A DNA stretch of 64,000 bases from Octopus sinensis (Eukaryota), in NCBI RefSeq assembly GCF_006345805.1, contig NC_043003.1, positions 11,532,001 through 11,596,000 on the forward strand, in the 5' to 3' direction. Position 1 is the first letter of the stretch; each line of letters starts with the position of its first letter. Shown here piece by piece: positions 1-13,611 of the stretch. The translations under genes were made by a program, and so were the position numbers. Under the pieces are notes generated by a model. That model worked only from the letters and a program-made list of their open reading frames with translations. It was not told where the DNA came from and did not search any database.

Positions 1-500
1 AAACTGTCTTCCAAAATAGACTCACTTTTTGTTAATATTTTGAAGTTTAAAAAAAAAAAACAAATGTTTAGTCATATTTATTGTAATTGCTTTTTAAAAT
101 ACATTGGAAAAGTCCATGTATTTCTATGCAAAATGGAAAGCAAATTTGGAAGTGACCTTTTGCACTTTTACTGGTGTAGATTGTAAAAGTGTGACTAATG
201 TAAAGTCAACATTGTGAAAAGAAAACACTTTCAAAAGATTTTTCAGAATAGTAATAAATTGAAACACAACATCTTAAATTTTCAGGAATTAAAAAGAAGT
301 GTTCTGTTATTATCTTGCATGTAAAATTTTGTTTTCTGATTACTTTACATCAACAACTATGAACAAACATGAATTCTGTATAATTACTGCTGCCAACTTG
401 CTGCACAGAAGGATATAATAGTTGTAATGCAGGATGTAAACACTTTCATTGTGTTTTGTTTAAATACTTTATACTTTATTGGATACTTTTGTTCTTTCAG

Positions 501-560
501 TAGAAGTGTATATAGTGACAGTTATAATAATTACAGTATTGCAGGAACAGAAGTAGTTAT
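501..560 (+). CDS. Candidate internal exon (phase 2-2)
   Basis: Strong TTTTGTTCTTTCAG acceptor, GTATGA donor, frame RSVYSDSYNNYSIAGTEVV. Confidence 0.3.
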
Positions 561-2370
561 GTATGATTGTTATTGATTTTTGTTGTTTTGTTTTGTTTTT
601 ATGAATTTGATCTTCATGTTAGATGCAGGTTTGGCTGTGTCAGTAAGAAGCTTGTTTTGCGAACATTTGGTTTCAGGTTTCAATCCCAATGTGTCGCAAC
701 TTGTACATCTACTAAAGCCCCAGATCGAACCCCATGCCTTATGAGTGAATTTAGTTGACGGAAACTGTACAAAGCGTTTTGTGTGTATGTGTCTTTACCT
801 TTATATTTCCCCTTCCCCATAACTTAGCAGTTTGTTAAAAGCAATTGATAGAATTAGAAAATTACGTACTGGGGTCAGTTTGTTAGACTAAACCCTTAGA
901 GGTAGTGCCCCAGGATGGCTGCAGTTAAATGACAGAAACAAGACAAGGTATTAAATGAAGTAGTGGTTTCATTAAGTTAGGAAGGGCATCCGTCCATAGA
1001 AACCAAATCAGACTGGAATCTGGTGAAGCTCTCACAGCTTGCCAGCCCTGGTCAAACCATCCAACCCATGCCATTATGGACAACGAACATTTATTGATGA
1101 TGACGATGATGATTTAACCATTTAGTATACTCTGTCAAATGTAATCTTCATTTATTCACATTGTTTTGAATTAATCTTGCATTATCTCAAAGCTTTGAGA
1201 TTTGAATGGTGTAATTGTTTATTTTGAGAATGGCATTGCAGGGTAGATGTAGGAGTCAGATCTGGACAAGTTGAACATAAGACTGGTGTAATATTTAGTC
1301 CATATTCTTCCATAAGTAGCACGGGGCTGGTCTCCTCATTTCTCTGACGTACACATTCCTTCCTGGATGGGTCACTTCTTTTTACCTGCTGAATGGGATG
1401 AAGCAATGTGAAACAAAATGTCTTGCTCAAGAACACAATCCAGTCCATAAATTGAAACCACAATCCTACTGTCATGTGTCCAAAGCCTTAACCACTAAAC
1501 CATGTATCTCTACATATGGACAGTTCAAGTGCTAAAGAGTTAATGTGTTATCACACCCATAGAAAAAACTGAAGATAATTGGCAGAAATGTTAGCATGCC
1601 AGGCGAAAGGCTTAGCAGTAGTTCGTCTGTCTTTACGTTTTGAGTTCAAATTCCACTGAGGTCAACTTTGCCTTTCATCCTTTCAGGGTTGATAAATTAA
1701 GTACCAGTTGTGTATTGGGGTCATTCTGATAGACTGGCCCCCTCCCCCAAAATTTTGTGCCTTGTGCCTAGAGTAGGAAAGAATATTATTGTGAATTTAA
1801 CTTGCAATATATACCAGCTCAGGCAATGGATATACCATATTTACTAGTGTATAAACTACACTTCTAATTTGAAGTTGAATCTTGATACAAAATATTTTTT
1901 TCCCCCTTCATAGTTTTAGCTTTGCCCTGTGTATCAATCGCACCCTAGTTTATCTACTTAAAATCAAGCAGAAAATGTTGTGACTTGTATTAGCATAAAG
2001 ACAGTAACATTTGGACATTAAGCATCAAATTATGGACATCATTTTGTTCTCTTGAATAATGCATACCTGCAAATATTCGGGTTTAAAAATCTGGTTGCAA
2101 CCGTTTTATTATATGCAAATGCCTACAAATAAACAGTTTATGAAACATTTTATTAAAACAAAGGTACAACTCCAAGTGTCAGAGAGAAATTTATGGGATA
2201 TGATAAGTTCTAATCAATTTTTCTCTTTATTTTTATGATTCTATAAATTTAAATGGTACCTGATTACCACCCACCTCTGATGCCTTTGTGTGTGTGTGTA
2301 CTCCACTTACCATAGCTAACATTATACAAATTACGCAAAAGTTTTCTGATATTTCATTATGAAATTCCAG

Positions 2371-2421
2371 TGTCAATTGAAATTGACCTGGCGCTTAAAT
2401 ATCCCAATGGAATTTCTCTTG
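2371..2421 (+). CDS. Candidate internal exon (phase 1-1)
   Basis: TTCCAG acceptor, GTAACT donor, frame xSIEIDLALKYPNGISL; phase-compatible with 17329. Confidence 0.3.
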
Positions 2422-2624
2422 GTAACTTTTCTAATCATTCTTTAGCAACAGGAATTCTATCGTCTTCAAGTGGAGTTTGGTTAATTGAGAAGCTTTTCTC
2501 ATTCATCAAAACATTCTATTTATTTATTTATTTATTTATTTATATTTATTTATTTGATCTTGACAGTGTTTAATCACATACATTATGACACATCAAACTG
2601 GAAGTCTTATTTTCAAAGGTTACA

Positions 2625-2685
2625 GGCATATGGCGTAGAGTGCAGGCTACTAACCCCAAGATTCCAGTTCGATTCCAAGCTGTGA

Positions 2686-2723
<38 letters not shown>

Positions 2724-2887
2724 TTGAAAAATACCTTAGGAATGAGAACCCAGGTTTGAAATGTCCCCCAAGACACCTGATGAAGGCTGGAGGGTATATC
2801 AGCCGAAACATTGTGTTAACAACAAACAAGATGAGGACAAATATCTGTGAAACGTAAATAATTCCTCATCTCTTAAATATAGAACTG
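2625..2887 (+). mobile_element. tRNA-headed SINE with a 3' hammerhead-ribozyme motif (copy 1)
   Basis: tRNA-like head with decayed A box and B box GTTCGATTCC, an (AAT)n linker, then a hammerhead core at 2772-2817. Confidence 0.85.
2772..2817 (+). ncRNA. Minimal type I hammerhead ribozyme motif (one stem III substitution)
   Basis: GACAC-CTGATGA-A-GGCTG-gagggtatat-CAGCC-GAAA-CA-T-T-GTGTT; all three stems and both core segments are in the right order. Confidence 0.7.
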
Positions 2888-3002
2888 TGTTACAATTCTT
2901 GTTTGGGGCCCCAACATAATACATTTTGTCCCACCCATGCTAGCATGGAAGGCGGACATTAAATGATGAGGATAATATATATATATATTTATATATATAT
3001 TA

Positions 3003-3033
<31 letters not shown>

Positions 3034-3904
3034 ATATCTTATGTAGATATATATATATATATGATATTATATCTATCTATGGCCGTAGGAGTTTCTGTTT
3101 TGGTAAGTATCTATATCTATATATATATATATATATGTATACACCTTGCACACATGGATTATGCTGCAGATTTATAAGACAGTTTTTCTGTCTACCACAA
3201 CTTTTCGAGCTCACAAGGCATTGGTTGGTCAGAGGCTGTAGTAGAAGGCACATCCAGGGTGCCATGCAGGAGGACTGAACTTGAGACCATGCGATTGCAA
3301 AATAAGTTTCTTAACCACACACCCAAACTAAGCTAAACCAAGCCTGAAATCGGAGTTTATTGAGAAAAAAGCTGATGACTCCTTCCCATACTCTGAGTTT
3401 TATGTTACATGCAATTGTTCATGTGTAAAAAGAACAAAAAGAAAAAAATAGAAAAAAAAAGTAGGAACAATAAAGGAATAAATGAGAGGAATTTGGTTTG
3501 AACCAAAAGGACACAGGTTGGATGGATTTTCATTGGCTGATAGCAGCCAGGTGAGTGGCAGATGGTGAGGGAGAGGGAGGCTGCAATGTGTGTGTGTGTG
3601 TGCATGCATGTGTGCGTACGTGCATGTAGTGTTTTGAGCTGTGGCTGTTTGTTTCCTGATAAGGAGCAGAATGTGAGAATGATTGATTTCTTTGTGATTG
3701 CCTGTAAATGTATTTCGGTATCTGTATTTTGCAGCTATTTGCGGTATGAAGTCCAATAGATATTCATTCATACTATAAGCGTTACAAGAGTGATTCTCGA
3801 TGCCAAACGGTTTAACGAGGAGAAAGAAAAAGAAGAGAGTGGATGAAACAGATCTATTCTGGACTGCGAGAATGTTATGTTTTTTTTTTGATGAAATGAA
3901 TACT

Positions 3905-4245
3905 CTTTTACTCTTTCACTTGTTTCAGTCATTTGACTGTGGCCATGCTGGAGCACCGCCTTTAGCCGAGCAAATCGACCCCAGGACTTATTCGTTGTAA
4001 GCCTAGTACTTTTTCTATCAGTCTCTTTTGCTGAACCACTAAGTTACAGGGACGTAAACACACCAGCATTGGTTGTCAAGCAATGTTGAGGGGACAAACA
4101 CAGACACACACACACACACACACATATATACATATACAGGCTTCTTTCAATTTCCGTCTACCAAATCCATTCACAAGGCTTTGGTTGGCCCGAGGCTATA
4201 ATAGAAGACACTTGTCCAAGGTGCTGTGCAGTGGGACTGAATGTA
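3905..4245 (-). mobile_element. SINE family B (representative of many minus-strand copies)
   Basis: Reverse-complement match. Others lie at about 795-945, 5080-5490, 8520-8830, 15870-16195, 21820-22165, 41415-41812 and 42405-42700. Confidence 0.85.
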
Positions 4246-4476
4246 GAAATTATACAAATAATTGACAGAAAAAGGGGCTTAAAACCCCATATTCATAACA
4301 TTTTTCTTGTGTGTAGATGTGTGTGTATTCTGGCCGTGGCGTCATTTAACATGTTTTCCCCATGCTTTTGTATGAGTCTGGTGGAATTTGTTGAGGCAGA
4401 TTTTCTACAGCTGGGTGCCCTTCTTGTTGCTAACTCTCACCTGCTTCTAAGAAAGGTAATATTTTTCCCATTGCAG

Positions 4477-4720
4477 GGCAGTGAGTTGGCAGAATCATTA
4501 GCACGCCAGGTGAACTGCCTAGCAGTATTTCGTCTGCCGTTACGTTCCGAGTTCAAATTCCGCCAGGGTTGACTTTGCTTTTCATCCTTTCGGGGTCGAT
4601 TAAATAAATACCAGTTACACACTGGGGTTGATGTAATTGAGATGTAATTGACTTATTCCCATTGTGTGTCTTTGTTTGTCCCCTCTATGTTTAGCCCCCT
4701 GTGGGCAATAAAGAAATAAA
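4477..4720 (+). mobile_element. SINE family A copy with target duplication
   Basis: Flanked by AATATTT(T/C)CCCATTGC-like repeats of about 18 bp. Confidence 0.9.
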
Positions 4721-7074
4721 TATTTCCCCATTGCTAGATGACATGTTTTTCACAGAAGACTGGAAACGAACAATCTTCTTTTTATGACAGTGACGTTTGT
4801 CTACAACCATCACATGATACGTTGATAAAACTACACACAGACACTGTGCCATCTTAAGGTATGGGCCCACCCACTCTGAACAGTTGTCCTGGGGGCCCTA
4901 ACAGGTCTTGGGACTCAACTTTGATCTGTGTATGCTGTGGTTTAACTATCAATAAGAGAAATACCATTCGGCACAATGCTTTGTTTTACTCAAGGGCCTG
5001 TGATGCTTTTATGTCAGTCCTGCACACGCATGCACACATGCATGCTGCACACACACACACACACACACACACACTTTTATTCTTTTGCTTGTTTCAGTCA
5101 TTTTGACTGCGGCCATGCTGGAGCACTGCTTTAAATGGTTTTTAGTTTAACAAATCAATCCCAAGACTTATTCTTTGTAAGCCTAGTTCTTATTCTATCA
5201 GTCTCTTTTGCCGAACTGCTAAGTTAGAGGAATGTAAACACACCAGCATCGGTTGTCAAATGATGATGGTTGGGGGAGGACAGGCACAGACACATATGCA
5301 TAGATATATACATATATAAATATATATGATGAGCTTCTTTCAGTTTCCGTCTACCAAATCCACTCTCAAGTCTTTGGTCAGCCTGAGGCTATAGTAGAAA
5401 ACACTTGCCCAAGGTGCCACATGGAGGGACTGAACCCAGAACGATGTGGTTGGGAAGCATGCTTCTTACCATACTGCCATGCCATACATGGTAGAGATGG
5501 AAACTGAGAGAAGCCTGTCGTATATATGCATATACGACAGGCTTCTCTCAGTTTCCATCCACCAAATTCATTCACAAAGCTTTGGTCAGCTTGGGGCAAT
5601 AGCAGAAGACTATAGCCCAAGATGCCATGCAGTGGGACTGAACCCGGAACCACGTGACTGGAAAGTGAATGAACATCTTAATCATGCAACCATACCACAC
5701 GCACGCACGCACGCACACACACACACACACAAGCATAATGTTAGGATGCAGTACTTTTTGACTGTATCTGGCTTCTCCATTAGCCATTATATTCTTTGTT
5801 CTTTTGTTTCCATGCTCTTCTGCCTCCACCCTTCTCCAATCCTTCATCTCTATAGATGCCAATTTCCATCTTAACCGAAATTACAAGCATAAAGCCTAAT
5901 GACTGTTTGGAGACCAATATGCATTACTTACTTTGCACTTAATTTCAGCCAATGAGTCTCTGATGAGAGCAAGTACTTCATTAGCATAATCGCCATTTCT
6001 TAACAAAAACTTGTTAAAATTAGATAAATTTCATCCGTGGTGACACATAAAATATTAGACAAGTCTGAAAGATTTATTATGCAAAGAGAGGTTAAAATAA
6101 GATATTTTATGATATTCTGAATTGTAAACAGGAGACAGTTCTGTGAGATGTGTGAAGAGAGAGGTTAGACAAGGAATCGGTCAATAATCTAAAGCTATTT
6201 TTAGTTTTTCAGTAGATTTTCTTTCTGGCACTTTAAGGGGGCCAAAGTGAATGACTGTTTTTTTTTTGTTTTTTTTTTTTTTATTGTTTACTGGTTTCAG
6301 GCAATGCTGGGGGCTCTGTCTTGAAGGGTCTGGTCTTTTGGTTCTCAGCCCTTGGAGTGGAGGGTAGGGTTCATATTTTGTTAAAATAGTCGAACAAATC
6401 AATCCTGAGACTTATTCTTTGTAAGCCTAGTTCTTATTCTGTCGGTCTCTTTTGCCGAACTGCTAGGTGGTAGGGTCCAGATTTTGTTAAAATTTATCTG
6501 CAATAAATCGGTTATCTTTTTACAATACACAAAATATTTTAATTATATTTTTCGTTTAAATTCTAATATTTAATTAAAGGAATATCTGATTTTTTAAAAA
6601 TGTGGAAAGGCTAGGAGGATCCACCTGAATAAAACAGGAATCAAAGGGGTTCCATAGGTAAAGAATAGTTGAGAAATACTGGTTTAGTCCAACAAATCAA
6701 CCCCCAGTGCTTATGTCTTTTTTATTCAAGAACTAAGTTATGAGAATGTGAACCAACCAACACCAGTCATCACGTGGAAAAGCTGATGCCCTTCATAACA
6801 CCAACCACTCTGTAAAATGGTTGGCATTAGGAATGGCATCCCGCATGGAAGGAGGGCGTTAAATGATGATGATGGACATCATTGGGTGGTTAGGAAGCTT
6901 GCTTCCCAGTCACATGGTTCTGGGTTCAGTCCCACTGCATGGCATCTTGGGCACGTGTCATCTGCTATAGCCTTGGGCCAAACGAAGCCTTGTTATTGAA
7001 TTTGGTAGGTGGCTTTTTCCATCATGTGTGTATATCCATCTGTGAGTTCTTGTGCCTTCTAACAGAGCGGAAGG

Positions 7075-7118
<44 letters not shown>

Positions 7119-7181
7119 GTAACAAACTGAAGAAAAGAAATCCTTCAAAGGGATGTGTTAAACATCCAATTCACTGGTCTA

Positions 7182-7218
7182 AATGTATGTATTTGTGTGT
7201 GTGTGTGTGTGTGTGCGT

Positions 7219-7261
<43 letters not shown>

Positions 7262-7602
7262 CATATGTGTATGTGTGTGTGTGTGTGTGTATACATATGT
7301 GTATGTGTGTGTGTGTGTGTATACATATGTGTATGTGTGTGTGTGTGGTGTATACATATGTGTGTGTGTGTGTGGTGTATACATATGTGTGTGTGTGTGT
7401 GTATACATATGTGTGTGTGTGTGCGTGTATACTTATGTGTATGTGTATGTGTGTGTGCACATATGTGTATGTGTATGTGTGTGTGCATGTATACATATGT
7501 GTATGTGTGTGTGTGTGTATACATATGTATATGTGTGTGTGTGTGTATACATATATGTGTGTGTGTGTGTATACATGTGTGTGTGTGTGTGTGTTTTTAT
7601 AT
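7182..7602. repeat. Compound (TG)n/(TA)n microsatellite with a higher-order GTATACATATGT unit
   Basis: Direct inspection. Confidence 0.95.
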
Positions 7603-8141
7603 ATGGGATTCCACACAGTTTCTGTTTATCAAATTCACTCACAAGGCATTGGTTGGCCCATAGCGGTTGTAGAAGACACTTTCCCCAAGGTGCCATGCAG
7701 TGGGACTGAACCTGGAAATTCATGGTTGCAACGCAAGCTTCTTAAACCCCCACAGCCACGCCCGTGACTCTACAGCATGTTTCTTTATGCTGCAGTAATT
7801 GCATCAACAGTAACTCAATTAACGATGATCTTTCCTGTAAAACAGTTGTGAACATTTACGTAACACACCCATAAAGTATAGAGGAATGATTAAATCTCTA
7901 TAAGAATGTATTTTTCTTACCTTGCTTTATGTCGTGTATAATATGATCTTCTAAGGTGCATTGTGCAATTTTTCTTGAATGTTTCTTTACGACATTATCC
8001 CCAGGCAATTTTATGTACTGTATAATTACTCTGTGTGTGTGTGTGTACATGCACACGTTAAATTTAGTTTGGGCAAAAGCCTTGTAATGTTCTCTTAAAA
8101 GCTTCTTTCTTGTTGGCTATATATATATATATATATATATC

Positions 8142-8297
8142 ATCATCATCATCATCATCGTTTAACGTCCGTTTTCCGTGCTGGCACGGATTGGATGGTT
8201 CGACCGGGGCCTGGGAAGCCAGGAGGCTGCACCAGGCTCCAGTCTGATCTGGCAGTGTTACCACTGGCACGAGGGCCAGTCAGGCGGTACTGGCAGT
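8142..8297 (-). mobile_element. RTE 3' UTR fragment with an internal deletion; an opposite-strand fragment follows at 8372-8488
   Basis: (CAT)n-CGTTTAACGTCCGTTTTCC...GGCTGCACCAGGCTCCAGTCTGATCTGGCAG matches the LINE tail. Confidence 0.85.
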
Positions 8298-9319
8298 AAT
8301 TAAACCATATGTGTGTGTATGTGTATGTATATATATATATATATACACACACATATACATATATGCACATAAAAAGCACCCACTACACTCTCGGAGTGGT
8401 TGGCGTTAGGAAGGGCATCAAGCTGTAGAAACTGCCAGATCAGATTGGAGCCTGGTGCAGCCATCTGGTTCGCCATTCCTCAGTCAAATTTTATTATTAT
8501 AATTTTTTCTTTTTTTTGAAGTTTACTACTTATTCTATAGGGCTCTTTTGCTGAACTGCTAAGTTGAGGGGACATAAACAAAGCAACACTAGTTGTCAGA
8601 CAGTCGCGGTCGGCAAGGGTGGGGACAAACACAGATACAGATAAACACACATATATATGAATACCTAAATATGTATATGCACATAGGTTCCATCTACCGG
8701 TTTCACACTTGCAAAACTTTGGTCTACCCGGAGTTGTAGTATAAGACACTTGTCCAAGGTACTGTGCATTGGAACTGAACCCGAAACCACATAGTTGCCA
8801 AGCGAGGTTCTTAACCACACAGCCATGCCTGCATCTATATCTTCTGTGCCCTTATGCGTAATATTATTAACTGAGAATTAGGACCAATGTCTGGCACTGT
8901 TTAGCTTTGCTCTTCTCCATGATGCTTTCATTTCCCATTGGGGGGGTTGACTTTGCCTTTCATCCCTCTCCGGTCAATAGAATAAGCTCTCCTCATGTAC
9001 TGGGATCAATCTAATCAACAATGGCCCTCCCACCAAACCTTTTGGCCTCACTCCAACATGAGAAATCATTACTGAGTTAACCCGCTTGTGCCAAGCTTAT
9101 TATTTTAGTCTGTTTGACTGTCTCCCTTATCTCTCTCTCCCTCTCTCCCTCTCCCTCTCTCTCTCTCTCTCTTACTCTCTCTCTCTCCCCTCTCTCTCCT
9201 ACCCCTCTCCCTCTCGCCTAATAATGTGAATGTTTGTTTTGGCAGCTTTGTTGTTGGATGACAACACCAAGCAATATAGTTTTACTATTGTTTTATAACT
9301 AGTTTATATTCTGGTGTTT

Positions 9320-9364
9320 ATATGTGTATATATATATATATAATATATATATATATCAACATAC

Positions 9365-9399
<35 letters not shown>

Positions 9400-9535
9400 A
9401 TATAGGCATATGTACATATCTATATATGTATATATATCTTTATATATATGTGGTGTGTGGTGTGTATATATATATGTGTATATATATATGTGTGTATATA
9501 TATATGTGTGTATGTATGTATGTATATATATATAC

Positions 9536-9576
<41 letters not shown>

Positions 9577-9602
9577 TATACATATATATATATATATATA
9601 CA

Positions 9603-9634
<32 letters not shown>
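9320..9634. repeat. Compound (TA)n/(TATG)n microsatellite
   Basis: Direct inspection. Confidence 0.95.
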
Positions 9635-9636
<2 letters not shown>

Positions 9637-10413
9637 CCAGTGATACACTGTTGTAGATTCAATCAATTATGCTCTTCTATTGCAAAGCTGTTCCTATGTC
9701 TGGTTTGCAGAAATCAATATTAGATGAGAGAAAGAAATTACCATTCCGTTGGTTGGAGTCTGCAATTCTTTCTGATTCTATGTCGAAGCTAATTGATTTC
9801 TCTTGTGCCATTAACAACGTTTTAGGAAGGCATAAACATCACACAATCTCTTTCCGTCTATGATTTTTGCCCGAGTGTGAAATCCCGAAATCAATACTGG
9901 ATTCCATGCGGAAGGTCTGTAAAAGCTGAACCCGGCCTCTAATTATTTTTTTCCATTGGAGTCATTTTCACCGAACCGAAATTGCTATTTCCTGATCATC
10001 ATCAGCAAGGCATGAATGTTACACCTTCCCATTTCTCCTTTCTTTAAAGGCAGAGATTTCGTACATTTCTGAGGAATGCTGTTAAAAGATACCTCAAACA
10101 CTGGGCTCATTGTTTGCCATTCACAAACAGTAGCCATTGAAAGCGATCATGCGTGTGTTTCCAATCTGAGTATGTAGGTGTAGATGTTTGCATGAACAGT
10201 TTTTCAGTTGAACGACTTTCTTTATGCTCACTGTTGAACCAAGAAATGAAAGTAGTCTATATTTTCACTAGAAATCACTGAGGTAAGAAACAAAGCGGGG
10301 TACCTTGTTGGGTGGACACTTATACATAAAGAATAGATATAATTTATCATCATCACTGCCGCCATTCGCACTCCTGCATTAGTCTAGGCACAGGTGAGGC
10401 TATGTGGCAAGAA

Positions 10414-10830
10414 GGCGGCGAGCTGGCAGAATCGTTAGCACGCCGGGTGAAATGCTTGGCGGTATTTCGTCTGCCGCTACGTTCTGAGTTCAAATTCCGC
10501 CGAGGTCGACTTTGCCTTTCATCCTTTCGGGGTCGATTAAATAAGTACCAGTTACGCACTGGGGTTGATATAATCGACTTAATCCATTTGTCTGTCCTTG
10601 TTTGTCCCTTCTGTGTTTAGCCCCTTGAGGGTAGTAAAGAAATAGGTATTTCGTCTGCTGTTACGTTTTGAGTTCTAATTCCGCTGAGGTCAACTTTGCC
10701 TTTCATCCTTTCAGGGTCGATAAATTAAGTACCAGTTATGTACTGGGGTTGATGTAATTGACTTAATCCGTTTGTCTGTCCTTGTTTGTCCTCTCTGTGT
10801 TTAGCCCCTTGTGGGCAATAAAGAAATAAG
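10414..10830 (+). mobile_element. SINE family A: full copy plus head-less tandem copy
   Basis: GGCGGCGAGCTGGCAGAATCGTTAGC head, GAGTTCAAATTCC B box, central GACTTTGCCTTTCATCC..GATAAATTAAGTACCAG block (resembles the Meta-SINE domain from memory, unverified). The second monomer starts at 10645. Confidence 0.9.
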
Positions 10831-11297
10831 AAGTTTGCTTTCAAACTACATGGCTTCGGGTTCAGTCCCACAGTGTGGCACCTTGTGTAAGTATCTTCTG
10901 CTAAAGCCCCAGGCCTGGTGATTGGAGTCGTTAGATGGAAACTGAAATGGCTTATCATGTGTGTGTGACTGTCCCCTTGCCTGTACATTGCATAATAGTT
11001 GTGACTGCAACTGTCATCCAATCTTCTGCAAGAACATGGGGGAATAACTACCCTATTTGGAAACGAGTGAATGTCGATGGCTATCAGGGTCCACCTGAAT
11101 AAAACAGGAATCAAAGGGGTTCCATAGGTAAAGAATGGTTGAGATACATAGAGTACTAGTTTAGTATTAGTCAATGGTATCAATTAATTCCATCCTCTCA
11201 AAACTATTGGCCTTGTATCTAAATTACAAATCATTTGCTGTAGCAAATCTGCCTCAGCATAACCTGTCTGATGCTTGTGAGCATGGAAAATCATCAT

Positions 11298-11530
11298 CAT
11301 TATCATCATCATTGTTTAACGTCCGTTTTCCATGCTAGCATGGGTTGGAGAGTTTGACCGGGGTCTGGGAAGCCAGGAGGCTGCACCAGGCTCCAGTCTG
11401 ATCTGGCAGTGTTTCTACAGCTGGATGCCCTTCCTAACACCAACCACTCCGTGAGTGTAGTGGGTGCTTTTTACGTGCCACCGGCACAGGGGCCAGGGGA
11501 GAAGTAGATGTTAAATGATGATGATGATGA
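11298..11530 (-). mobile_element. RTE 3' UTR fragment followed by a short opposite-strand tail
   Basis: Tail match over 11298-11500, then GATGTTAAATGATGATGATG on the plus strand. Confidence 0.85.
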
Positions 11531-12061
11531 TAGTTTGTTACACTTGAATCCTGACATCTAGCTCAATCTTAGGGTTTCAGTGTTCTCTGGATTAATGGGT
11601 CACTATAAATAGTGGGTGGCTAAGAAGCTAGTTATCAAAGGCAAAACAGTGGGACTGAACCCCAGAACACACAGTTGGGAAGCAAGCTTCTTAACCCCAC
11701 AGCCATGGCTGTGCCTATATCACATCTGTGCCTTTTCAAACTGAGTTTGGTTTAACTCACAAGTGGTACTATCTTGCAGACTTAATCCTTGTTCTACAGT
11801 GCCGTGAACAATGGAACAAAGTAAAAAAAAATGTCTCATGAAAGATGGGTTTTGAACCTAAATTAGCACAATTAGTATTGGGTACCAGTATCTGAAATGT
11901 TTCTGAGAGCTGTTCCGTTCTGATAGCAGAAGTAGAGCAAGCATCTGTGACTGTCTAAATGTCCAATGAATGGACAAAAGGTGTGTTTGTTGGTCTGTGT
12001 GTGTTGTAGAATATTTTATTTATTCAGTTAGATTTTACTGAAAATAGCATCTGATTTAGAA

Positions 12062-12098
<37 letters not shown>

Positions 12099-12337
12099 AA
12101 AAAGAAAAGAAAGCAATCATTTAAAAAGAGAGAGAAGAAAAAGGAAAAGAAATAACAAAAGAGAAATTGTTGATGGAATTTGTTTGGTTAAAAGACTATT
12201 CTAAAGAACTTATTCAGATTCAGAATGAAGTGCTTGTTGTTGTTGTTGTTGTCATTATTATTATTATTATCATTATTATCATTATTGGTGGTGGTGGTGA
12301 TAGGAGTACTGGCGGGGGTGGCAGTGGTGATGATGAC

Positions 12338-12368
<31 letters not shown>

Positions 12369-12463
12369 TATTTTTCATAATTTGAGAAAGACATCAGAAG
12401 TTTCCTTATCTCCACCCCAACAAATATAAAGTGCATCTTGGAGAAAATGAATGAAATTCTTCA

Positions 12464-12503
<40 letters not shown>

Positions 12504-12538
12504 TATATTATTATATTATTATTATTATTATTATTATT

Positions 12539-12824
12539 AAGATGGTGAGCTGGCAGAATCGTTAGCACACTAGGCGAAATGCTTTGAAGTTTTTTGTCTG
12601 TTGCTACATTCATCATCATCATCATCATCGTTTAACGTCCGTTTTCCGCGCTAGCACGGGTTGGACTTTCTGAGTTCAAATTCCGCTGAGGTCGACTTTG
12701 CCTTTCATCCTTTCGGGGTCGATAAATTAAGTACCAGTTACGCACTGGGGTCGATGTAATCGACTATCACTCTCCCCAAAATTTCAGGCCTTCTGCCTAT
12801 AGTAGCAAGGATTATTATTATTAC

Positions 12825-12861
<37 letters not shown>

Positions 12862-13575
12862 ATTATTATTAAGGCGGTGAGCTGGCAAAATTGTTAGCAT
12901 ACCGGGCACAATGTTTACCGGTATTTCGCCTGTTGCTATGCTCTGAGTTCAAATTCCGCCAAGGTCGACTTTGCCTTTCATCCTTTTGGGGTCAATAAAT
13001 TAAGTGATAGTGAAACAGTGGGGTTGATATAATCTAGTCCCCACCCCACAAATTTGAGGCCTTGTTCCTCCAGTAGAAAGATTCATTATTATTATTATTA
13101 TTATTATTATTTAAGGTAATGAGCTAGCAGAATCGTTAGCATGCTGTATGAAATGCTTAGTGGTATTTCATCCATCTTTACATTCTGAGTTCAATTTCCG
13201 CCAAGGTCGACTTTACCTTTCTTCCTTTTGGGGTCAGTAAAATAAGTACCTATTTCTTTACTACCCACAAGGGGCTAAACACAGAGAGGACAAACAAGGA
13301 CAGACAAACAGATTAAGTCAATTATATCGACCCCAATATGTAACTGGTACTTAATTTATCTACCCCGAAAGGATGAAAGGCAAAGTTGACCTTGGCGGAA
13401 TTTGAACTCAGAACGTAACGGCGACGAAATACGGCTACACATTTCACCCAGCGTGCTAACGATTCTGCCAGCTCGTCGCCTTTCAGTAAAATAAGTACCA
13501 GTGAAACACTGGGATCAATGTAATTGACTAGTCCCCTCCCCCAAAATTTCAGGCCTTGTGCCTATAATAGAAGGG

Positions 13576-13611
<36 letters not shown>

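Noticed and set aside
7052-7767. Cys/Val/Tyr- or His/Thr-rich ORFs (also at 9.3, 14, 43 and 53 kb)
   Set aside because: Dinucleotide microsatellite translations.
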